In this document: positions 7,261-13,916 of the stretch, piece by piece
Layout of the letters: the number at the start of each line of letters is the position of its first letter
How positions within the stretch are numbered: position 1 is the first letter of the stretch
Source of the DNA: Candidatus Lokiarchaeum ossiferum
GTDB lineage: Archaea; Asgardarchaeota; Lokiarchaeia; Sigyniarchaeales; Promethearchaeaceae
Direction of reading: 5' to 3'
Length of the DNA stretch: 32,000 nt
Assembly (NCBI GenBank): GCA_025839675.1
Contig: CP104013.1
Location: forward strand, 4,080,001 to 4,112,000
Notes under the pieces: model-generated
What the model was told of the DNA's origin: nothing
Database searches by the model: none
Seen by the model: only the letters and a program-made list of their open reading frames with translations
Translations under genes and position numbers: made by a program

Positions 7261-10176
7261 TTAGTCAGATAGTTTATAACCATGATCTTTGAACCAATCT
7301 TGCAATTTTTCTTGATCTACAACATCTTTTTTCTTCTTTTTTAAGAGAAAGAAAGTTCCCCCTCCAATTCCTCCTGCAACTGAGACTCCTAGAGAGATCC
7401 AGACAACAACACTTACCTTAGTTGTGAAGGAATATTCACTAACAACCCAATTTCCCGCTTCATCTTGGGCATATACTTGAAGGGTATGACTTCCTGATTT
7501 CACGGGTAAAAATACTTGATAAGTTCCATTTAAGGTAACATTTTCTCCATTATCCCAGTTATAATGTACCGCAGCCAAGGCAAAATTATCTATAATGCTC
7601 AAAATTATCGAAGAATTCTTTGTTAAACGAGTTTTTGAGGAAGTGAGGGAGATCGTTGGGGGAGTATTGTCAGAAGTGATATTGAAAGATTTATATGCTT
7701 CGTTTCCAGTTTGATCCCATGCATAAACATGGAGAACATGGAGTCCTTCTTCCATAGGGGTTAAGGTTTGATAGTTGCCTTGCCAGGGTATTTCAGTGCT
7801 ATTATCCCATGCATAGCTCACATTTTGTAAATAAGGTTCAATGATGCTAACTGCAATAATTGTGAAAGGTTGGAGAATAGCGTTATTTTGAATAGTCATT
7901 AAGGAAATGAGTGGAGCTGTAGTATCAATAAATATTTCAAAGGTCACATTAGCCCAATTATTTGCTTGATCTTGAGCAAAAACCAACAAATTATTTGAAC
8001 CCTCGGTGATATTATCTACTAATATTGCATAAGGTGCATTTATAGTTATATTTGTTCCATTATTCCAATTGTATAGCACTTGTACAAGGTCATTCTGATC
8101 TTGTACAAAAAAAGTTGCATAGTCTCCTTGACCAAGTGCACCTCCTAAAGTTGGATTCGTTAAAGTAATATTTGGTGCTGAATTATCCGCTATGAATTCA
8201 AAAATTTGATGTGCTGTATTTCCAAGAGTATCATTGGCGGATACGTATAATCGATGAACACCATCTTCGAGAGGTAAATTAGTCACATAAGGTGAACTCC
8301 ACCCATATATCACGTTTTCATCATCCCAATGATACCAAACCGCTTCCAATAAAGGATCGCTAATAGTTAGTTCTATTAATGTTCCTGATTGGTATATATA
8401 TGGTGTTTGAGGCATGATCATTTGAATAGTTGGTATTGTATCATCAATAGAAAAATTATAGGCTGTGGAAATTCTATTTCCCGCAAGATCTTCTGCATAC
8501 ACATTTAATATAATTTCATTTGTTCCTTGATCCACGAAAATAATGTTATAGGGTGAATTCAATGTTGAATTGCTACCACCATTCCAATTATAGTTCACCT
8601 GATTGACGGTATTTTCATCTGTTATCTGTAAATCTATAATATCTCCAGGTGAGATTCCCCTTCCTTCTTTTGGACTAAGAAGGGTAATCGCTGGATTCTG
8701 ATTATCAATTATGAATTCAAATGATTGCGTTTCCAAGTTTCCTGCTTTATCTTGGGCATTAACAATTAGTATATTTTCTCCATCAGAGAGTGAAGGAACT
8801 TTGATTTCATAAGGAGAAATTAGGGAATTTGAAAATTCTGGATACCCATCCCAAGTGTATAGAATCGTGTGAATTGAGTTGAGTTCAGAGATATTTAAAT
8901 TAAAAACTGCTCCAACTTGCAATTCCATGGCCATTTCAAGATTCATCAGCTGAATCGTGGGTTTGGTATCGTCTATAGTAAAGAAGTAACAATTATGACG
9001 AAGTTTGCCTGCTGTATCATTCGCATAGATATTCAATTTATGAAGCCCATCCAAAATTATTCCAATGGTTATGTTATACGGTACGTTCAGCGTAATATTT
9101 GCTCCATCATCCCAATTAAAAAATACAGATTCAATAGATTGTAGGTCTGTAACATCGAAATTCAAAATTTGTGATGATTTTATTTCGGAATTGTTCGTTG
9201 GGGTGTGGAGTACAATTGATGGTGCATCATCAACTGAGAAGGAAAACAATTCTGTTTGCAAATTACCCGCAATATCATAAGCAAAGAGGTTCAGTTCATT
9301 ACTACCTTCCGATAATCCGCTTGCTGTGATATTGAAAGGATATTCCAATGAATTATTTGAACCATCATTCCAATTATAATAACAGTGATCTAATGTGTTG
9401 GTATCAGAAATGTCTAAGTTTATGATCTCGGTATTTTGAATTGTAAGACCCGAATATCGTGTAATTATTGGCGCTGTTTCATCAATAATTACATCGTAGG
9501 ATTGAATGCTATTGGAATTTGAAGCATTGTCGGTAGCGATAATATTAAAGGTGTGATGTCCTTCAGATAGATCAGGAACAATGAGCGAATATAGAGGTCC
9601 GGATAAGGGAAGATCGGAGGTGCTATCCCAATGATAATAGACGGAATTGATCGAATTGTTTTCAACTACAACGAACTCAAAAATGTTTCCATTTTTTGTT
9701 TCCAAATCTTTCAAAAACAGAATTTGAGGTTTAGTGTCATCTATAATCCATTGTTTTTCAAAAGTTCGTGTTTCTCCATTAGAATTATTTGCATGAATAA
9801 TTAAAGTATGAAATCCATCTTCCAGTTCTGGACATGTTATTGTGTAAGGAGATCCTCCGTTAATAACTATATCTGCTGCTTCATCCCAATTATACCATAC
9901 GGTATCTACTGTACCGTCTATAGTTTCAACAATAAATGAAATATCTGATTGTGATTGAATTTCTATATTATTTAAAGGATCAATTATCTCAATATTTGGT
10001 GCCGTGGCTGGTGAAGGTTGATTTTGTAAATCAGTTGCTTCTTGAAGATTTCGAGAATTTAGATTAAAAAATCCTTGATTCACTGAATTACTTACTAAAA
10101 ATATCATTAGAACTGCGATTATCTTTCGATTATTCATGGAATTCATATTATCCTTCATTTCAACTTCAAATTTCAC
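7261..10176 (-). CDS. Large surface/adhesin-like glycoprotein candidate: signal peptide, 10 tandem Ig-like repeats, C-terminal TM, K5 run and a short cytoplasmic tail
   Basis: Signal-like 'RKIIAVLMIFLVSNSV'. Ten units of about 85-88 aa share 'D-T-x-P-x-I', 'Y-x-W-D/N', 'PY', 'L-x-(D/E)G-x-H-x-L' and 'A-x-D-x-AGN'. I counted about two dozen N-x-S/T sequons by hand. C-terminal 'VVVWISLGVSVAGGIGGGTFFLLKKKKK'. Confidence 0.85.
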   Translation of the reverse strand: MKFEVEMKDNMNSMNNRKIIAVLMIFLVSNSVNQGFFNLNSRNLQEATDLQNQPSPATAPNIEIIDPLNNIEIQSQSDISFIVETIDGTVDTVWYNWDEAADIVINGGSPYTITCPELEDGFHTLIIHANNSNGETRTFEKQWIIDDTKPQILFLKDLETKNGNIFEFVVVENNSINSVYYHWDSTSDLPLSGPLYSLIVPDLSEGHHTFNIIATDNASNSNSIQSYDVIIDETAPIITRYSGLTIQNTEIINLDISDTNTLDHCYYNWNDGSNNSLEYPFNITASGLSEGSNELNLFAYDIAGNLQTELFSFSVDDAPSIVLHTPTNNSEIKSSQILNFDVTDLQSIESVFFNWDDGANITLNVPYNITIGIILDGLHKLNIYANDTAGKLRHNCYFFTIDDTKPTIQLMNLEMAMELQVGAVFNLNISELNSIHTILYTWDGYPEFSNSLISPYEIKVPSLSDGENILIVNAQDKAGNLETQSFEFIIDNQNPAITLLSPKEGRGISPGDIIDLQITDENTVNQVNYNWNGGSNSTLNSPYNIIFVDQGTNEIILNVYAEDLAGNRISTAYNFSIDDTIPTIQMIMPQTPYIYQSGTLIELTISDPLLEAVWYHWDDENVIYGWSSPYVTNLPLEDGVHRLYVSANDTLGNTAHQIFEFIADNSAPNITLTNPTLGGALGQGDYATFFVQDQNDLVQVLYNWNNGTNITINAPYAILVDNITEGSNNLLVFAQDQANNWANVTFEIFIDTTAPLISLMTIQNNAILQPFTIIAVSIIEPYLQNVSYAWDNSTEIPWQGNYQTLTPMEEGLHVLHVYAWDQTGNEAYKSFNITSDNTPPTISLTSSKTRLTKNSSIILSIIDNFALAAVHYNWDNGENVTLNGTYQVFLPVKSGSHTLQVYAQDEAGNWVVSEYSFTTKVSVVVWISLGVSVAGGIGGGTFFLLKKKKKDVVDQEKLQDWFKDHGYKLSD
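7420..10002 (-). repeat. Ten tandem, diverged coding repeats of about 255-265 bp each, encoding the Ig-like modules of the adhesin
   Basis: Repeat boundaries were read from the translation (aa 59-919). Conservation is at the protein-motif level, not near-identical DNA, so the duplications are old. Confidence 0.85.
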
Positions 10177-10288
10177 AGATGGTTCTTAATTCACAACTGA
10201 TCATTGTGAGGAGTTTTTGAATTCAAACATAGGTTTTAAGAAAAATTCCAAAAAAAATCTCAAATGCAATCCAAAATTACTATTATAT

Positions 10289-11338
10289 ATGCGAATCATT
10301 GATTTTCGATCCGACACAGTCACAAAACCCAGTCCTGAAATGTGGGAAGTTATAAAATCCATGGATAATAGTAAATTGGGGGATGATGTTGAACGAGATG
10401 ATCCAACTGTCTTAGAATTGGAAGCTAAAGCCGCTAAAGTGGTAGGAAAAGATGCCGCCCTCTTTGTTACTTCTGGAACCCAAGGGAATTTAATCTCCCT
10501 TTTAGCCCAAACCACTCCCGGAGAAGAAATTTTAGTGGATGAACAATCTCATATTTATAAATGGGAGGTCGGTGGTGCTGCTCGTATGGGAGGACTCATG
10601 GTGCGAACTTTTCCCTCAAATAAAGGCATGTTTAATCCCAACAATCTTCAATCTCTTATCCGTCCCCATGATGATATACATCAACCCATAACTTCTATGA
10701 TTTGTCTAGAAAATAGTCAAAATTATTATGGAGGGATTGCCTTGCCCACGTCTTTATTCAAGGAAACGCGAGATTTTGCAGATCAGAATCACCTAAAATT
10801 ACATGTTGATGGTGCTCGAATCTTTAATGCTGCTATTGCTCGTAAAATTGATGTGAAAGAGTATACAAAATTTGTAGATAGTGTTCAATTTTGTTTGTCT
10901 AAGGGTTTATCTTGCCCAATCGGTTCCATTATTGCGGGGTCTCATGAATTTATTGATTCCGCAATTAAATGGCGGAAAATGTTAGGTGGGGGCTGGCGTC
11001 AAGCTGGAATCATCGCTTCTATGGGTGTGGTAGCTTTAGAACAAAAATGGATTGATCGACTTAGTGTAGATAACCAATTAGCCAAAAATCTTGGGACCAT
11101 TTTATCTGGGATGGATTTACCGATCAACATTCCTGAACCGGATACAAATATTTTGATGGTTGAAGTACCCACTCACTTAGACATGCCTAAACTCGAGCAT
11201 TCATTGGAGAGTGCTGGCATTAGAACTCATGCAATGGGACAACGCATTCGAATAGTAACACATTCTGGAATTAATCAAGATGATATCGAATACAGTGCCC
11301 AAATTATTTCTGATGTAATAAGAAAAAGTGTTCTTTAA
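10289..11338 (+). CDS. ltaE: Low-specificity L-threonine aldolase (PLP-dependent, beta-eliminating lyase fold)
   Basis: N-terminal signature 'MRIIDFRSDTVTKPSPEM', 'TSGTQGN' and the PLP-Lys context 'CLSKGLSCPIGS'. I prefer the ATG at 10289 because family members begin right at the 'D-x-R-SDT' motif. The 24-codon extension in the track (10217) is Lys/Asn-rich filler. Confidence 0.85.
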   Translation: MRIIDFRSDTVTKPSPEMWEVIKSMDNSKLGDDVERDDPTVLELEAKAAKVVGKDAALFVTSGTQGNLISLLAQTTPGEEILVDEQSHIYKWEVGGAARMGGLMVRTFPSNKGMFNPNNLQSLIRPHDDIHQPITSMICLENSQNYYGGIALPTSLFKETRDFADQNHLKLHVDGARIFNAAIARKIDVKEYTKFVDSVQFCLSKGLSCPIGSIIAGSHEFIDSAIKWRKMLGGGWRQAGIIASMGVVALEQKWIDRLSVDNQLAKNLGTILSGMDLPINIPEPDTNILMVEVPTHLDMPKLEHSLESAGIRTHAMGQRIRIVTHSGINQDDIEYSAQIISDVIRKSVL

Positions 11339-11355
11339 TCAATGTGATTATTAAG

Positions 11356-11364
11356 TTTTTTTTT
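11356..11364 (+). terminator. T9 tract 18 nt after the threonine aldolase stop
   Basis: 'aagttttttttta' read directly. Confidence 0.4.
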
Positions 11365-11607
11365 ATTTATCCGAATTATTAAATTTCACAAATATAAATT
11401 GTTCAATTTCTGGTAATCTCTTTGAATCTTAACTGACTTCACTTTGTGAGTCGTTTCATAAGTTTAAAAGGATTTTCTGATCTTTTTCCTTGAATCCTAT
11501 TTGATACTGCTTTATATAAAGATTTTAATTTATCGTATTGAACAACAGCTTTGGTGTTTTTGTTTAAAACGTATCTTTTATTTATTGGCAATACCGTGAT
11601 AAAAGTA

Positions 11608-12315
11608 ATGCCGATTGAAAGAAATTTTAATTTGACTTTAAATCAAGAGGAATTGCTGAAAATTTTAGGAAATAACTTTTCCCAATTATTGAAAAAACCT
11701 AAATTTAGTCAAATTTTCTGCGAAATTCAATCTAATTTGTTTCAATTATTTGAACCTCAGTTAATTTGGGATCTTTTTCCGGTTAAGGACCTTACTCCAA
11801 CCGGTTTTTTATTAGAAAGTGGCGTCAAAATCGGTGGAGGGCCAGTAAAAGAAGTTATGGGAGAAGCTTCAAAAGTTCTCTTAGGAATTTGTACTATTGG
11901 ACCGAAATTTGATGAGGAAATCAACAAATTTACTCAATCAGGTAATATTTTTGAGGCAGTTATATTAGAAAGCATTGCAAGTTTTTTAGTAGATCAAGTT
12001 CGTGAAACTTTTTTTTCTCAGACCCAATTAAAGATAAAACGAGAAGGAAAATTTAATTCCATTCTACTTTGCCCAGGTGAATCGGATTGGGATGTCTCTG
12101 ATCATAAATTTTTCTTTGATTTATTGCATCCTGAACAAATAGGTGTAAGTTTGAAGGAATCTATGTTAATGATCCCTATGAAATCTTTGTCATTCATGAT
12201 AGGTGTTAGGAATGAACCATTTAGATTAGATCATAAAAGACGATGTGATTTTTGTTCACTGCAACCTAGGTGTAGATATTCCCAAATAAATAATGGAAGA
12301 AATTTATGTACTTAA
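11608..12315 (+). CDS. Stand-alone protein resembling the reactivation (AdoMet-binding) domain of cobalamin-dependent methionine synthase, with a C-terminal 4-Cys cluster
   Basis: 'LCPGESDWDVSDHKFFFDLLHPEQIGVSLKESMLMIPMKSLSFMIGV' aligns by eye with the MetH activation-domain core (P-G-y...l.elL...G..LtES..M.P..SvSg). C-terminal 'CDFCSLQPRCRYSQINNGRNLC' (CX2CX5CX11C). The ATG at 11608 is preferred over the TTG at 11551. Confidence 0.55.
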   Translation: MPIERNFNLTLNQEELLKILGNNFSQLLKKPKFSQIFCEIQSNLFQLFEPQLIWDLFPVKDLTPTGFLLESGVKIGGGPVKEVMGEASKVLLGICTIGPKFDEEINKFTQSGNIFEAVILESIASFLVDQVRETFFSQTQLKIKREGKFNSILLCPGESDWDVSDHKFFFDLLHPEQIGVSLKESMLMIPMKSLSFMIGVRNEPFRLDHKRRCDFCSLQPRCRYSQINNGRNLCT

Positions 12316-12351
12316 GCTTATTTTTTAATTAAAGAAAAAACAAAAAAGATA

Positions 12352-13077
12352 TTATTTTTCAATAAAAGGAGTGGCAGTGATGGATTTTTCAGAGCTAATT
12401 GAAAAATATGCTTTATAGACAATCCATGCCATCGCCATATATGCCATGGTTTTTGGAATCATCAGCATTCCAAGTGCGGGAACACTCCGAACGAATAAGA
12501 TCACTGGCGTATAAAACAGATAGGATACGAAAATGCAATAAGCTAAATTTTTGAAAGTTGCATTCCCTTCGGCTTTTGCATCTCGAAGTATTAAAATTGC
12601 AACGCCTAACCCTTGGATCATTAACGGAATATTACGGGCTAATCCAAATCCAAGAGGTGGAACTACATTTCCCCATTCATTTTGAGGAAAGACAAATAAA
12701 ATCAACCGAATAATTCCTACTCCCATTAAAATATAATATAGGATATCTCGTGGTTTGTTAAATTGAATTCGCCAAACTTCCAAAATTATCATATAAAGGA
12801 TCCCAACAGTAATGGCCGTACTTAACGCGCCCAAACCCACTAAAGTTGCATTATTTTCTAATCCTCCTAAGGCATAAGCAACTACTCGAAATCCAACATG
12901 TCCGGTATCTCCAAAGGCTAATAAAAAGAAGCCTAGCATCATGAGTGATGCAATTTTCCAATCTTCTTTTTGGACATTTTTTCGTTTCAAAAACATTTTG
13001 ACAACAAACATCCAAATGAACGTCAAATATATGATGTTAAAGGTTATTTCTCCAATTTCTGCCATTGATAAAGCCAT
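12352..13077 (-). CDS. Hypothetical integral membrane protein, about 7 TM segments
   Basis: Seven hydrophobic stretches of about 20 aa, with 'LAFGDTGHVGF' in TM2. The first ATG is at 13077 and an in-frame GTG lies at 13086. No family recognised. Confidence 0.65.
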   Translation of the reverse strand: MALSMAEIGEITFNIIYLTFIWMFVVKMFLKRKNVQKEDWKIASLMMLGFFLLAFGDTGHVGFRVVAYALGGLENNATLVGLGALSTAITVGILYMIILEVWRIQFNKPRDILYYILMGVGIIRLILFVFPQNEWGNVVPPLGFGLARNIPLMIQGLGVAILILRDAKAEGNATFKNLAYCIFVSYLFYTPVILFVRSVPALGMLMIPKTMAYMAMAWIVYKAYFSISSEKSITATPFIEK

Positions 13078-13104
13078 ATGTATCACTTCAGATCAAATTC
13101 GATC

Positions 13105-13130
13105 TGTTACACTTGTTACACTTGTTACAA
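13105..13130. repeat. Three tandem copies of the 9-bp unit TGTTACACT (third copy 8/9) in a divergent promoter region; candidate operator
   Basis: 'tgttacact tgttacact tgttacaa' read directly. It ends 2 bp before the TATA-like box. Confidence 0.85.
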
Positions 13131-13132
13131 CA

Positions 13133-13140
13133 TTTAAATA
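13133..13140 (+). promoter_or_regulatory. TATA-box-like 'TTTAAATA', 21 nt before the ATG at 13162 (leaderless promoter candidate for the RHH gene)
   Basis: Read directly. Near-palindromic A/T box. No SD-like element lies before 13162. Confidence 0.45.
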
Positions 13141-13161
13141 TTGCTAAGACTTATTTGTAGT

Positions 13162-13707
13162 ATGGTTGGCCGGCTTCTCGGAATTCGACTTCCAGAAAAA
13201 ATCATGGATAAATTCGATCTCATTGCCCAACAACGAAATGAGACTTCCAATCAATTGGGAAAAAAAGCTCTAATAGAATGGATTGAAGTCCTTTTTACCT
13301 CCCGTAATTTGAACATGATTATTTTTCCAAAGGAAATATTGATAAAAACGCTTTCGTACTTGAATAAGGAACAACAAAGTGAAATTGCTAAAGATGTAGC
13401 TACAAATATTATTGAATATTTTCAATTTCTATTTAAAACCCACATCAAGCACTTCTCCGATGAAATATTTAACCAAGTTATATCCAAATTTCTGGGAGCT
13501 TCTGGTGCTATGTGGTTTGATCACCTTGAGTTTGACCTTAATAAACAACAAGGTAAATTCCAAGCTTCTCATACGTCGGGAATTCAATGGTCACAATTTT
13601 CAAGCATTGTCATGCAAAAAATCTTCAAAGATCATTTTAAATATGAAATATTGGAAGATTCAATCATCAGTGGAAAAAATAGTGTCTATTTCAATTTTTC
13701 AAAGTAG
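13162..13707 (+). CDS. Ribbon-helix-helix (CopG/Arc-like) DNA-binding protein with a C-terminal domain of about 135 aa and unknown function
   Basis: The N-terminal 'MVGRLLGIRLPEKIMDKFDLIAQQRNETSNQLGKKALIEWIE' has the strand-helix-helix pattern typical of RHH. The ATG at 13162 is preferred over the TTG at 13141. Confidence 0.6.
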   Translation: MVGRLLGIRLPEKIMDKFDLIAQQRNETSNQLGKKALIEWIEVLFTSRNLNMIIFPKEILIKTLSYLNKEQQSEIAKDVATNIIEYFQFLFKTHIKHFSDEIFNQVISKFLGASGAMWFDHLEFDLNKQQGKFQASHTSGIQWSQFSSIVMQKIFKDHFKYEILEDSIISGKNSVYFNFSK

Positions 13708-13916
13708 AAAAAAAGTTACCATGGTTGCCCGCCAGATTTATTTATTAAAAGGTTAGATGCGGCATTATGCTTATCCACGTTTAACTGATTTTCTTTTTCA
13801 TTTAAAACTGTTTTATGATGAATTCCTGTGCTTTTTTTAATTTTCGCTACAATCCTTCGGATAAATCCCATTGTCTTGCTATTATAACTTCAATACAGAT
13901 TTATAAACATTCCGTT

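Noticed and set aside
7420-10002. Periodic DNA in the adhesin gene, or the 9-bp tandem at 13105-13130, as a CRISPR array.
   Set aside because: The adhesin repeats are about 260 bp coding units with diverged sequence and no repeat-spacer organisation. The 9-bp units are contiguous with no spacers. No cas-like gene lies in the window.
10217-10288. N-terminal extensions given by the ORF track: 10217 for threonine aldolase, 11551 (TTG) for the MetH-like gene, 13141 (TTG) for the RHH gene, 16198 for the 2-TM gene and 25668 for the FAD oxidase.
   Set aside because: The extensions add Lys/Asn/Leu-rich sequence upstream of the point where the conserved family N-termini begin, or they overlap the preceding gene. 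Internal ATG or GTG starts (10289, 11608, 13162, 16168 and 25719) give canonical domain boundaries and better signal spacing. These choices remain predictions.
12352-13077. Possibility that the 7-TM protein is a microbial rhodopsin (type-1, helio- or schizorhodopsin).
   Set aside because: The last helix does contain Lys ('MIPKTMAY'), but the residue four positions before it is Leu, not the Asp or Ser counterion context. TM3 lacks the RYxDW/DTD-type or FSE-type pattern at the expected 4- and 7-residue spacing. No WxxY/aromatic retinal-pocket pattern was seen. Lys in a TM helix alone is not evidence.
13091-13104. 'GATCAAATTCGATC' as a palindromic operator.
   Set aside because: The central hexamer AAATTC is not self-complementary. 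Only the two GATC tetramers repeat, and GATC is itself palindromic. It is mentioned in the RHH-operator finding but not called as a feature.
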